A stretch of 64,000 bases of DNA from IMG/VR virus record IMGVR_UViG_3300030333_004509, positions 1 through 64,000 of that record; one strand, 5' to 3'. This document shows, one piece after another, positions 29,001 to 39,168 of this stretch. The position numbers and the translations under genes are program-made. A model generated the notes under the pieces. That model was not told where the DNA came from. It saw only the letters and a list, made by a program, of their open reading frames with translations, and made no database searches. The DNA is from an uncultured virus (IMG/VR IMGVR_UViG_3300030333_004509) (taxonomy: Duplodnaviria; Heunggongvirae; Uroviricota; Caudoviricetes). Within the stretch, counting starts at the first letter, position 1. Every line of letters begins with the position of its first letter.

Positions 29001-32000
29001 TGATGAACAAGCTGGCTATCCGCATCCGAAACGCGGGAGTCGATATTGATCCATACAGAACAAGCAAGAAAGACTTGTTCGAGTCAATCAATAAAGGTCT
29101 GCTTGAGCTCTCCGAGACAGCGAATGGTCGTGTAGTTATTGACGAGCTGGTCGAAGAAGGATTCTTCCGTAATATCGGTCAACGTAACTGGAAAGTTATT
29201 GGTCCCGATGGCAGTGTCGTCAAGGAAGTCACGAACAGTGATGCGCTGGATGTAGTAGCGCAGGCAGTCGAGAAGCTTCTTGATGACGGAGTCATGGTCC
29301 GGCACGCAGAGGACATGGGCGGGGACATTCGTGTAGGTCCGGTGGTTTACGGTATGTCACACGCAGCTGTCCGAGCTGCCCTGAAGGATCATCCAAGGGA
29401 AGTCGGAGTTCACTTCATCGGAGATCAGCAGATCTTCAGATTTGGAGATGAGTTCGACGACAAGGTTAAGTACGGTCATGACAATACCGCGGCACTAGCT
29501 AAGCGGCCTGACCATGTCGCGTATCACAACCACCCAGACCCTGAAGGTTATCGGAACTGGTTCTCTCGGGATGACTTGATGTTCTTCCCCTTCTTGGCGC
29601 TCAGAGAACAGCGCGTAATCATGGCTGACGGTAGTGTGCTTCAGCTCGAGATGCTGGGAGATGCTGGATGGAACGGCTGGAACAATCTCAGTCACATTGG
29701 CCGCCTCTTTAACGGTGATTACACTACTGTCGCCGAGATGGAGCGTGGCGATGCCGTGTTCCACGCCGTGTTAAGAGACTACTCAGAGAGGATAGACAAT
29801 GACGTATTTGAAGCCGCAGAAGCCGCGCACAGGGCCGATGTCAACGCCGGAAAGTTCGGCCCCCGACCAGAAGCCGGACCCGAGCTCGTCGAGTACAACA
29901 AGCGCCAAAATCGGGCTCTCTTTGAATCCCTCTCCAGAAGATATGAGAAACTACTTAAAGAAGATTACGGAATCGATGCCCGAGTTACCGTCTACGAAGG
30001 ACGGATTCCTGATAGACGACTCGCACCAGATGTTGAAGCAGTTTCGGATCCCCGCCCCGTCGCCCGAGAAGGGGAGCTCCGAGTAAAGGATCCGATAGAG
30101 CCTCTTGCTGTAAAGCGAGCAGACGATACACCGCAGGTACCGGTAGAAGAAGAGTTCACCAGCTTAGTTAAGAAGCTTGGTCCAGACGGGCTCAACGCAC
30201 TGAGCTTTAAGTCAGACGACTTTATGCGCAATGTCATAACGCGCAATCAGTCAGGCACCGTTACGTCTGAGGTAGTTGAGTTTATTCCCGTCGACAAGAT
30301 CGGCCTGGGTAGGCTTGCTAACCTGGGTGACTGGCGCGTCACAGATAACGCGAAGATAGAGCAAGCTAAGAATCTGCTGAGGGGGTTCATAAACGACTAC
30401 AGACAGAAACTTGTCGACATAGGCGCTGTTAAGAAGGTCGATAATAAAGATCGAATTCAGTACCGAATAGATCGCGAAGAAGATGTGTGGGACACGACAT
30501 GGATGAACTATGACGCCAACGTAGAGGCGGCTATCCTCAGTGACGCCTGGTTGGACGGACCAGTCAGCATCCTCGCACATACCGCGCATGACCTGGACCG
30601 TCAGTTCGCAATGCTGTCGCGAGACATATTCAGTCCCGCTGAAGTCGCCGCCATCAAGCAGGAACTTGCAAGCGACCCTCGTATACTAGACGCGATTGAG
30701 CTGATTAACGAAAGCACAGCGTATAAACCAGGCAGACAACCGCGATTTTACCGAGAGAAAAAGGAGGCTCCGACTAAGTTATCGGCTGACCCGCAAAACA
30801 ATGAGGTGGCGACGTTCTTGGGTACCCTGCGGGCATCACCTGAACCTTTCGGTGAAGCAGCAGATAACTTCAAGCAAAAGCTATTGGTGCTAAAGGATCA
30901 CGCTAGTCAGCTTGGTGACTTACTCGTACCTTATCAAGATAAGTTCTTAGGCCTTATAGCTGATGACGACAACCTGATTCAACTGGCCCTCGTAGCTGAC
31001 GCTAGACGGAACTCGGGATTCTTCAAGCAGACAAGTCAACCGGGTAATATATCCGATCATTGCCGGAAGATAGCCACCTTAAAATGGAGGCTGCGGACGG
31101 GTGACTTCAAGGGCGGGAGTATAGATCCGGCAATACAAGAGATTGCAAGTGATCTCTTGCCGACAGAGCTTGATCTTCAGAGGATGTTAGCTGACGAACA
31201 AGCTTTTCTACGCAATGAGCTAGATATTCTAAGGGGGCAGTTACAAAAAGAGCGGCACCAGCTTGTCCGAGATCTACGTGTGTTGGACACGATAGGTATA
31301 ATCAACGCTAAAAATGCAAGTTTCGATTCTACTATCGCCGAAGCCAAGGCCCGACTACAGTCGCCCGTAAATTCAGCCTTTGAATATATGGAACTGATGA
31401 ATATGGGAGGTCCGCCTAAGACTCACATGTACGGTCTTCGCGTTCGAGATCCTGAAAAACTTCAGGAATATATTACAAGCGTCGAGACTAAGCTCAGAGA
31501 CCCGTCCTTGGAGGCTGAGAAAACAGCGCACCTGCTGGGTCGAAGACGTGAGCTCAAAGATCACTTGTTTATTCAGAGCCGGTGGCGCAAAATGCTCGAG
31601 GAGGCGAGTAAACGACCAGGCAGCTACCTCGAGGAGGCAGTACCGACTCTCACGAAGACTGAAGAGTTTGCGCCTCCAAACTTTCCGGGTCTCGATAAAC
31701 ACTTCAACCCGCGAGACGCAGAACGTATCCGCAATGAAGTGGCGTGGCTGCAAGATCCCGAAAACGTCGGGATGGATGATGGGTCGCCCGTAGTCGCGGG
31801 TATCGGACTCGACAGCGGCTCGTCTGTCACAGTTATGCTCTTGGACGAAGGCTACATTGAGATCCAGCCCACAGATATGCTCAGTCAGCTGGAGCGGATG
31901 GAAAGATCCGATGCTTACGAATATGTCGGTGTCCCCCACCTAAAAGGTTTCCTTTCACCTAAAGCCGAGACCTCCGCGCCAACTATCACAGAGTTCAATA

Positions 32001-35000
32001 TGTTCACCGCGGATGTTAAGCATGAGGAGATCAGCGCTCGAGCCCGAGATCTTCAAGGCGAGATAGCTCGCGCAGCCCATGCTGTGCGGAACTTAGCCTC
32101 AGAAATAAGAAGCGGTATAACTTATGCTGGCGACGGTAAGCAGGTATACCGAGACTACAAGTATGGCTTAGGACGATTCGCGTCCTTAATGACGGACTCG
32201 ATCCGCGAAAGCAAGCACAGCTTCGTCGCCCTGGATAACGCAAAGAATGTCCCGATTAGTTCTCCGGCCTTGGGCTTAGGAGAGACCGTCCTCGAGAACT
32301 TGGCACGTCAAGGTGTTCCAGCAGACACCTCAGTTCACACACTCGTCGGTATGCTGAATAACCGTACATCGTTGATGCACAACCTCAGCCCAACAACTCG
32401 AGAAATCATCGAGCGTAGAGCTTTCGACCAAGACATGATCCGGCATGCGAGCGCCGCAGAGTCTCACGAACTCATGGTTAGTCAGGTGAACGCTACACCT
32501 TGGTTCCACGCTACGCAGAGCGACTTTAATATCTACGACTACTCCCTCAAGTACTCAGGTAAGCATTACGGTAATGCCTTTGGTCCAGGTCTATACTTGG
32601 CAGAGAACCCTGAACTTTCGGTTGTTAAGTACATGGCAGGCGCAGGTCTGGGCACACGGACTATTCCTGATGCTCGCAATCAACTTGCTGCCGTCAAGGT
32701 TAACGCACGAAACATAATCGACATCCGCGGGTACCCCGAGGACTTAGCTAACCAGTTCGATGAACTTGGTATGCCGATGGAAGCCTTAGTTCTTCGAGGT
32801 GGATACCAACCCTTGACTCAAAAGCTTCTGGACGAAGCCACGGGGAGAACGCGAACTCGCACAGGCGCTACTTTTTACAGAGGCTACATGACACCGACTA
32901 GGATGTCTAACGAGGGCCTCTTCAATGCGAGCAGCGAGATCCATCTCATAAGTAGGGCGCAAGCAAAGTTGCAGAGCATCGCGGAGGAGCTGGGTCTCAA
33001 AGCTGCCGATGTCACGGATGACGCGCAATACGCGACCCTCACAAGTGACGAGTCTCTGATGTCCCGCTTAGATACGGATAGGCGGACGTTTGGAGCTCAC
33101 CCGAGCGATGAAGCTATTTCTGACATCGAAGCGCTCGCTAAAGCAGGTGATTCAGAGCCATTCCCCGTACCAGGAAGTGAGCCGATTCCGGGGTTCTTTT
33201 ATACGCCTGCGGCAGAGAGCTGGCTCTGGCGTGAGATGCTCATGGATAACGCGGCGCACATCGCTTACGATCCGAGATTCTACTCGAGAGGTGGCGCCGA
33301 GATTATCGCAGACTTGAGCCATCGAGACATGGCATACCAGCTTGATCGGCTCAGATATGAGACATCGCAGAAGTTCAGAAATCGTTCTGTGAGTCGCGCC
33401 CCTGATGCGTGGAATATGCTTCGTAAGATGTATTCTGGTCGAGGCAAGCAGCTCAGAGCCGCGGAGAGCGGATCCGACACGATGCGTGCAGTCCAAGAGG
33501 CTCGACAGAAAGATCTACAAGAGTGGGTGCACCAGTCATACGAGACTGACGCAGGCACTCAGCGATTCCCTGAGCTACCTGAATATCCTGGTGACGATAG
33601 CGTAGGCTTTACAGGCGACCCTCCAGACACTCCGTCAGAAGAACTGCAGCTACTCGAAAACTTTGCTCGAGAGGTTCTCGACGCAGCTAAGGAAGGTAAG
33701 CTCGACAAATACGCAACAGGTGAGCGGAGGATCTTTGGAGACATACACAGTGAGTACCAGCCTTGGGACGTGGATGATCATGTCTTTGGCTGGAACATAC
33801 TGGATAGTATCGGATCTATTGAGTACAACCTACCCACCGCTTCAGGGCAGACAGAGCTCCCAAATCTTAGGCGTCTTGCACGACTTCACAAGAGGGGTAG
33901 GCTTCCCCCCGGAGGTTTGAATAAGTTTAAGCTCAACATGATCCAGACTTTGGAGCACAACGGAATCAATACCCTGGATGATCTTCGTGTCTACTACAAC
34001 ATGGATCGAACTCGTCGGGCTGACACCGTGTTCCGTCTTAAGGGACCGGATGGAAAACAGCTGGATAAGCCTTCCTCAGAGTACCTAACCGCCCTGGTTC
34101 TTGGCGGCGGTATTGCCGCACGCGCACCTAAGCAAGCTGACATTAGCGGACTCATAGAGCGCTGCCACAAGTTCCTCGACGCCCGTGCGCCGACCAAGAT
34201 TGATCTGCACACGATGCTGATGAATAACAACGTCGACGGAGCTCTACACTTTGGGTCTATGGACTCCAACGTGCTTATCTTGTTCGACCCCATGGCATCT
34301 AAGCTGGACAACGCTGTTGAAGTATTGGTCGAGAAGGGTCGAGTCTTCGACGACGACATTCTCTATCACACACGTAGAGTCGACGATCTTATCGAAGAAG
34401 AGAGAGCCGCGGTCGAGTTCTTGGATGATGGACGCGCAGTCATTTACGCTCTCGGAGAACCCGATCCAGTCTCAGTGATTCATGAGCTCGGTCATATTCT
34501 TCGGCGCCAGATGTCGAAAGATGACCTGGATGGCGTCACGGCATATCTGAATAAGAAGCTGGGTCTTGAGGGTGAAGACGCGCTTACTCACAAGGGTAAC
34601 AAGTTTGTCGGCTCAAAAGAGAACGTCAGGAGAGCTGAAGAGCACTTCGCAGAAGCCTTCGAGGCTTATGTAGCTCGAGGTACGGCAGCAACCGACATTA
34701 AACCTGCGTTCTCCAGGCTCAAGGTATTCCTGGGCCAGGTTGTTGCTCGCATGACCCGCAGTAACCAGACCATAGATATCGACCCTGATGTCGAGGTGTT
34801 CTTTGACAAGCTGTTGAAGGAGACCCCTGACGCAGAGCCAATCCTTAGGCGCGTGTCAGGTAGAGTACAGGAGCACATGAACATCTCAGGTACGGGTAGT
34901 CCCTTCCCTGAAGTCAGCGCATTCGAGTTCTTCTCAGAAGAGTCTCGTCGCGTCGGAGCTACGCATATCGGTACAAAGCTTGATGCGGATGGCAATGTAA

Positions 35001-38000
35001 CCGAGACTATTGAGCTGACGCGCGAAAGCCTTGAAGCCGAATACGACAAGCTGCAGAACCTGGTGGATTCAAAGAAGCTTGACCCAGAAGAAGCGGTGCT
35101 TCGGATTGTCGATGAAGACGGTAACGCTGTTCCTGTCATGCACGACATGTATGATGGTGGTAAGTCGACTTTCGACCTGAATGATGTAGGTAGTCTCCAA
35201 GTCAGGCTGGAGCGAGAAAGAGCGGAAGCTCTTACCGCCACAATGCCCATGGCTCACACTAAGTCTGCCGCACACGCGGTCAAGGAGTTCAGCCCGATTG
35301 AAGCGCTTCAGTCTCGCCTGGCTACCCCCGGCGCAAAGGCGGGTATCGGTCGAGCCGCACTGTTCACGTTCTTTGGTGGTGATCCCAACAAGGCGCTGAG
35401 ACTGCTACCCCCGATGCAACGCATGGAGATACGGGCGGGATCTCGGTCTGTCGAGCAAGCCATCGGTGAGTGCGTCACGTTGGTCGCCGAGGCGAACCAA
35501 TATGAGAAGGGTGGCTTGGGTAAAGTCGTTAAGTATCTGACGGGTGAGATACTGAACTTCGAGTTCGGTGGTAGATCTGTCATGAGTTCGGGGTGGAACT
35601 CCGCGAGCTCGGTCGCTGACGCAATCCGAGTCTCTGCAACGGAGGCTCTCGAGACAGATCACAAGGCTCTTATGGGAGCTCTGACTGTCTTTATTGAGCG
35701 CACAAAGCCTCACAAGGCAGATGAACGGACCTTCACCGAGATGTTCGACCAGTTTGCTCGTAACGACCCTGATGCGGCACAGCTCTTAGACAAGGCCATG
35801 CATCGCATGTTCAAGGGTAAAGGTAGCTTCCTGTCTGACGTAGGTAATGTGATTCAGATCGGTAAGAATCCCACACCTGAAGAGTACAAGTTGCTCGAAG
35901 CGCTGCTGTACTTCTCGGGCAGCACTAAGAGAAACGGTAAGCTGATCGATGATGCGGGGCTTACGTGGGAGCAGAGAACTACGAAGCTCTTCGACGAAGT
36001 CAACAAGATCTACGGACCTAAGGGTGATATCGTAACGAAGAAGATGGCCTTGGTTATGGCCGGTCACGGCACTGCAGGTAGAGTCTTCCGTAGCTGGACA
36101 GACATGGGCGTGGCTGTCGAAGAAGATGTTGTCGCCGCGTTCAAGAAGATGATGATGGGTGAGGCTATCAGTCCTGAGATCCGACCCAGGGTCATGGATG
36201 TGGTGCGACGCTACGGGTACAACCCGTTCTTCCTCGAATCAAGCATGTTGGATGCTGGCTACCACCTACCACTTCAAGCCCGTAAGAAGCTGAGCGAAGC
36301 TTTGGCTCGCGGGCTGGAGAAAGCTGACCCTCGAGTAGAGAAGTGGGAGAAGCTCGGTAATATACCCGCTTCATTCCAGAAGTTCCTGGGCAGTGAGCAG
36401 AACATGAAGAGCGTGTTCGGTGCCTGGTTCCGGTACATGAAGCTGCGCATGACTCGCGGTGCCGTGATGATTCGGCCACGCTACTTCCTGATGAACACGA
36501 TCGATCACTTCACCCAGATGGGTATGGTAACTGGTATACGTCCCGCTTTGATCTCTACGGTCAGGCTCAGCGCTCAGAATGCCTTGGCTGTTCCAGGAGT
36601 CAATAAAGCTTTGGCTATTCTCGAGAAAGCATCGACCCTCCCTGCAGGCGGCAAGTACCAAATCAAGGTTGAGCAGGCGCGAAAGATTCTGCAGAGTGGT
36701 GGTGACGCAGTTGCAAATGCGCTCGGTAAGATGATGGGTGCGTCTAAGTACAACATCAAGTTGAATGATATTCTCGAGGGCAAGCCAGGCACATTCAAGG
36801 TTACTGACAAGAATGGCTTGATCAAGGTCTACAGCTACCAAGACATCCGGGCCATCATGGTTCAGGAGGGTATCTTCGCGACCTTCGACACGACAGCTCT
36901 GGGCAAGGTCGTGCGAGAGAGCGTAGAGAACCAATGGAGAGGTAGCACTTTTAAGGATGCAAAGACGAAAGCTCGGTACCTGGCGGAAGACCTACTGTTC
37001 AACTCGATTGATGACATCGCTGAAGCTTGGTCAGAGCGTGAGCGTGCCGGTGCCGTGATTACATTGATCGAGATGGGCTATGATCCCAAGACAGCTTCTC
37101 GAATGACCATTGATGCTCTGTACGATTATGCAGGCACTATGACTTCGATAGATCGGCATTGGCTGATGTCGCTTATGTTCCCCTTCTGGGCTTATCAGAA
37201 GAACGCGAACCGGCAAATCTTCAACATGATGTTTAGTCCGAGAGGTGCCTACCGCATGGGCGTGATCCGACGATTCCATGAAGGCTCTACTTACCTCGCA
37301 AGTGAGCTGTACTGGAGCGCAATCGTTGATCCCTACGGTGTCTACTACGACGGCTTAGATGATAACCAGAAGAAGACTTACGACGCTGTCCGTACTCGCA
37401 TCGAGTTCGGTTACGGACCTATCGACGAGCTCTCGGATGAGCATCGTGAACGCATGGAACGTGCGTTTAATGTACAAGACCTTAAAGATCTAAGCGCTGA
37501 GCAAATCAACATCATTGAGAACGGCTACGGCTCTCCAAGTCAGCAGTCTCCCAAGGTACGTACAGCAATCATGAGATTGTTTGCTGGGCATGGTTCAGGT
37601 GCTGTCCGAGTTACGGATGGTCGAATCCTGGATATGTCAGACTTCATGTCGATCTACTCTGGGTACGACTCATCCGGCGCTGACTACTACAACGTGACCG
37701 GTGAAGAGCTACGCACGCCCCTCTCAGGCTACGACCCAGATGCCTGGGTCAAGATGTCAGTCAAGGAAAAGGAGCGACTTATTCTTAACGCTAAGTTGGA
37801 AGAGTCAAAGACAGCTTTCCGTATGGCAACTCTACCTCGACCTCAAGAGCATGAGCTCCCCTCGTATTATCGAGATCGCGCCTTCATCTCCATCCCACCC
37901 ATCTTCGACAAGAATACACAGCAATACCACAAGCTACTTCAGGACACGGGACACGAATCTCCTTGGACAGGTGTATTCCTGCCAGAAAACACAATCCAAG

Positions 38001-38659
38001 GCGGGTTCGGTCACATGGCGAACATGACAGCCTTCTACCTTCTTGCGGGTGAATGGGTGCTCGGATCTAACGGCTTGCACTTGATCGACGACAAGGACGA
38101 AGGCTCGGCTATGCTTGGGTATGCGATGAACAACGCACTCGAGGAAGTCGTAAATGTACGGAATGCGCCGATTGCGGGTGAAGTGCTTGACTGGATCTCA
38201 GACGAGAAGATGCAGTACCCAAGACGGATCTCGGATACTACCGCGAACTTGATTGAATCAAGCGGGATTCTGGGGATGATCCCTGTGTTGCGGACACAAG
38301 AGGTGGCCGAGTGGATGGAGGAAGATGAGCGGCGTGCGGCATTCAAGGAAGGGTGGGTCGCTGCAGAAGAAGCCGAGATGGCTGGAGCTCGAGTTCGCCC
38401 AAGACGTAATTACATTCCGCCAGGTATGATCACGTTCCTCTTTGACAACAGTCCTCTCGGAGAGTTTGACCGCATGATGAAAGCTTGGGAGATGACTCCG
38501 CAAGAAGAGACTATGGAGTTTCAAGGTCAGCTCTACCGCTGGGCACGTACTTTGGCGGGGGCGGATATCCAAGAGATTCGGGGTAGCCGCACTGCATCGC
38601 TTGAAGAACCTTATAGCATGCGCAAGTTTAGAGGCATGCCTGAAGAACCAATGGATTAG
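26087..38659 (+). CDS. Giant polyvalent/ejection protein (JAB-like, ART-like and zincin HExxH motifs)
   Basis: 4190-aa uninterrupted ORF; HNHP...FSRDD; WFHAT...FGPGLYLAEN; IHELGH...EEHFAEAF. Confidence 0.8.
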   Translation: MSDYEDTPEGLPEPEVPKIDDTYGLREEDIKEYMDIAGVSRQKAIRVLAPNLGAQVAQREAKLDIRKQQDEVVDRLDITGLGNKLKGNQGAIEMGLTPRYTDHNDVLDKHAQSVGMSADEYRQELGALNVGYEALVEDIVTRGRPVEHALKMADKRGSLARVDSRTREIEQTGHYLQTKARVLARTDPEAAKELGIEIDPIFVDEESSFGLSGTSEYERRQVVSQPGEYGFQAAQMQAEALVTSNPELGQWVKELSASHVGGDTYITRRATQKLDKWKAANPGYDQKEAEDLEKVFIDQAMEELGIFKTIGWWQMPIFMSSRYRYGDAKDDSFITAMAPQIEIVGLNNKGHVVTRTAGAGQYGIKTVDFLQAGVVGGLATIGTEEDWWSGSKRGIANQRDFLEWSQDLAGHDASTIKKAGYGIAALPFLLLTPDALFGTAGAAKIAGRGGKLVRKGAVTRKHMTSIEDILSGAKGGDIDALTMADIERIQALDKSLMLNDEIAEQMDLLDGQIGAFLGRSNPYTGFTFVKGEPNKGIKLADDLPGNLGGQGINLHPTRRKARAKAQAQELAEREARAKAKGKVEKKGIEIETPKVEIPDLYDYAGHLKRIRTARKAVDDLDVGDFAPRLDADITSESVRITNIISDIADAEVAANFRLKMKGSLDDALKRPGVPARGANTEDAARFWYSDMVEEVRKLPGMEKATDELAAIDRALAAGEITEAEAKAARKPFQAQAAARRQVYNQLESIAKKAQKIADDSPLKRTKQALDRAEEAVKANLESRIAAWYVLHDQLQGGLLFKGRRRVNPLAEGSKLANKIKDFIDLTPDAQNFAGMLQKYFNMSQAEADANARLFDAAAKAWAYQNQRTPHDWWKRTIAGVKSKEDFIERFKNGPPDVTNPPGKGGKVTPDGDGPTPDPTGMVPVVAPHWQGNMNTVAGRASTALPDGYRLEGFGGEALEFPSGIGPKGDRGLMNKLAIRIRNAGVDIDPYRTSKKDLFESINKGLLELSETANGRVVIDELVEEGFFRNIGQRNWKVIGPDGSVVKEVTNSDALDVVAQAVEKLLDDGVMVRHAEDMGGDIRVGPVVYGMSHAAVRAALKDHPREVGVHFIGDQQIFRFGDEFDDKVKYGHDNTAALAKRPDHVAYHNHPDPEGYRNWFSRDDLMFFPFLALREQRVIMADGSVLQLEMLGDAGWNGWNNLSHIGRLFNGDYTTVAEMERGDAVFHAVLRDYSERIDNDVFEAAEAAHRADVNAGKFGPRPEAGPELVEYNKRQNRALFESLSRRYEKLLKEDYGIDARVTVYEGRIPDRRLAPDVEAVSDPRPVAREGELRVKDPIEPLAVKRADDTPQVPVEEEFTSLVKKLGPDGLNALSFKSDDFMRNVITRNQSGTVTSEVVEFIPVDKIGLGRLANLGDWRVTDNAKIEQAKNLLRGFINDYRQKLVDIGAVKKVDNKDRIQYRIDREEDVWDTTWMNYDANVEAAILSDAWLDGPVSILAHTAHDLDRQFAMLSRDIFSPAEVAAIKQELASDPRILDAIELINESTAYKPGRQPRFYREKKEAPTKLSADPQNNEVATFLGTLRASPEPFGEAADNFKQKLLVLKDHASQLGDLLVPYQDKFLGLIADDDNLIQLALVADARRNSGFFKQTSQPGNISDHCRKIATLKWRLRTGDFKGGSIDPAIQEIASDLLPTELDLQRMLADEQAFLRNELDILRGQLQKERHQLVRDLRVLDTIGIINAKNASFDSTIAEAKARLQSPVNSAFEYMELMNMGGPPKTHMYGLRVRDPEKLQEYITSVETKLRDPSLEAEKTAHLLGRRRELKDHLFIQSRWRKMLEEASKRPGSYLEEAVPTLTKTEEFAPPNFPGLDKHFNPRDAERIRNEVAWLQDPENVGMDDGSPVVAGIGLDSGSSVTVMLLDEGYIEIQPTDMLSQLERMERSDAYEYVGVPHLKGFLSPKAETSAPTITEFNMFTADVKHEEISARARDLQGEIARAAHAVRNLASEIRSGITYAGDGKQVYRDYKYGLGRFASLMTDSIRESKHSFVALDNAKNVPISSPALGLGETVLENLARQGVPADTSVHTLVGMLNNRTSLMHNLSPTTREIIERRAFDQDMIRHASAAESHELMVSQVNATPWFHATQSDFNIYDYSLKYSGKHYGNAFGPGLYLAENPELSVVKYMAGAGLGTRTIPDARNQLAAVKVNARNIIDIRGYPEDLANQFDELGMPMEALVLRGGYQPLTQKLLDEATGRTRTRTGATFYRGYMTPTRMSNEGLFNASSEIHLISRAQAKLQSIAEELGLKAADVTDDAQYATLTSDESLMSRLDTDRRTFGAHPSDEAISDIEALAKAGDSEPFPVPGSEPIPGFFYTPAAESWLWREMLMDNAAHIAYDPRFYSRGGAEIIADLSHRDMAYQLDRLRYETSQKFRNRSVSRAPDAWNMLRKMYSGRGKQLRAAESGSDTMRAVQEARQKDLQEWVHQSYETDAGTQRFPELPEYPGDDSVGFTGDPPDTPSEELQLLENFAREVLDAAKEGKLDKYATGERRIFGDIHSEYQPWDVDDHVFGWNILDSIGSIEYNLPTASGQTELPNLRRLARLHKRGRLPPGGLNKFKLNMIQTLEHNGINTLDDLRVYYNMDRTRRADTVFRLKGPDGKQLDKPSSEYLTALVLGGGIAARAPKQADISGLIERCHKFLDARAPTKIDLHTMLMNNNVDGALHFGSMDSNVLILFDPMASKLDNAVEVLVEKGRVFDDDILYHTRRVDDLIEEERAAVEFLDDGRAVIYALGEPDPVSVIHELGHILRRQMSKDDLDGVTAYLNKKLGLEGEDALTHKGNKFVGSKENVRRAEEHFAEAFEAYVARGTAATDIKPAFSRLKVFLGQVVARMTRSNQTIDIDPDVEVFFDKLLKETPDAEPILRRVSGRVQEHMNISGTGSPFPEVSAFEFFSEESRRVGATHIGTKLDADGNVTETIELTRESLEAEYDKLQNLVDSKKLDPEEAVLRIVDEDGNAVPVMHDMYDGGKSTFDLNDVGSLQVRLERERAEALTATMPMAHTKSAAHAVKEFSPIEALQSRLATPGAKAGIGRAALFTFFGGDPNKALRLLPPMQRMEIRAGSRSVEQAIGECVTLVAEANQYEKGGLGKVVKYLTGEILNFEFGGRSVMSSGWNSASSVADAIRVSATEALETDHKALMGALTVFIERTKPHKADERTFTEMFDQFARNDPDAAQLLDKAMHRMFKGKGSFLSDVGNVIQIGKNPTPEEYKLLEALLYFSGSTKRNGKLIDDAGLTWEQRTTKLFDEVNKIYGPKGDIVTKKMALVMAGHGTAGRVFRSWTDMGVAVEEDVVAAFKKMMMGEAISPEIRPRVMDVVRRYGYNPFFLESSMLDAGYHLPLQARKKLSEALARGLEKADPRVEKWEKLGNIPASFQKFLGSEQNMKSVFGAWFRYMKLRMTRGAVMIRPRYFLMNTIDHFTQMGMVTGIRPALISTVRLSAQNALAVPGVNKALAILEKASTLPAGGKYQIKVEQARKILQSGGDAVANALGKMMGASKYNIKLNDILEGKPGTFKVTDKNGLIKVYSYQDIRAIMVQEGIFATFDTTALGKVVRESVENQWRGSTFKDAKTKARYLAEDLLFNSIDDIAEAWSERERAGAVITLIEMGYDPKTASRMTIDALYDYAGTMTSIDRHWLMSLMFPFWAYQKNANRQIFNMMFSPRGAYRMGVIRRFHEGSTYLASELYWSAIVDPYGVYYDGLDDNQKKTYDAVRTRIEFGYGPIDELSDEHRERMERAFNVQDLKDLSAEQINIIENGYGSPSQQSPKVRTAIMRLFAGHGSGAVRVTDGRILDMSDFMSIYSGYDSSGADYYNVTGEELRTPLSGYDPDAWVKMSVKEKERLILNAKLEESKTAFRMATLPRPQEHELPSYYRDRAFISIPPIFDKNTQQYHKLLQDTGHESPWTGVFLPENTIQGGFGHMANMTAFYLLAGEWVLGSNGLHLIDDKDEGSAMLGYAMNNALEEVVNVRNAPIAGEVLDWISDEKMQYPRRISDTTANLIESSGILGMIPVLRTQEVAEWMEEDERRAAFKEGWVAAEEAEMAGARVRPRRNYIPPGMITFLFDNSPLGEFDRMMKAWEMTPQEETMEFQGQLYRWARTLAGADIQEIRGSRTASLEEPYSMRKFRGMPEEPMD

Positions 38660-38712
38660 GAATCCGATTAACTTACTCGCTTAAATGAGTTACACTTTTC
38701 GCGGAGATCATC

Positions 38713-39168
38713 ATGAACTACAACGGCTGGAATCGATACGGAGTTTCTCGGGGTGGTCCGTCAGACCCGACCTCTGCTACAGCACTGACTACGTCATTCC
38801 AAGTCTTCGCCTGCACAGCAGACGCTACAAACCATGCAGGCTCAGCCAACTTTCCCGCGCACTGCATTCTTATGGGCGTCGAAGTAGAGCTCAACGGAAT
38901 CACAGCTGCGTCGGGTACAGAAGTTACTATGTACATTGCTCGAGACGCTGCGGGTGATGTGCCTCTGACACCCAGCACCACCTCAGGTGCGGTGCAAGAG
39001 ATCACTTTCGGGAAGACAACGTCAACTGAAGGTGGGGTGCTCTTCCCCGTCGAAGTGGATTATCACTTCTTCAGTGAGACCGATACAGCCAATAACATCT
39101 ATGTCTGCCTCAAGACTTCAGCCACTGCTGTCAAGGTCAAGCATATCCGCGTTAACTGGAGGGCATAA
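38713..39168 (+). CDS. Hypothetical (probably structural) protein
   Basis: 151 aa, beta-rich; GGAG RBS; TAATG coupling to tail fibre. Confidence 0.7.
   Translation: MNYNGWNRYGVSRGGPSDPTSATALTTSFQVFACTADATNHAGSANFPAHCILMGVEVELNGITAASGTEVTMYIARDAAGDVPLTPSTTSGAVQEITFGKTTSTEGGVLFPVEVDYHFFSETDTANNIYVCLKTSATAVKVKHIRVNWRA

Noticed and set aside
26087..38659. N4-like virion RNA polymerase
   Set aside because: The size is suggestive, but I found no convincing DxxGR / R...K...YG / HD motif set nor a DxDGD motif; the motifs fit a polyvalent protein.
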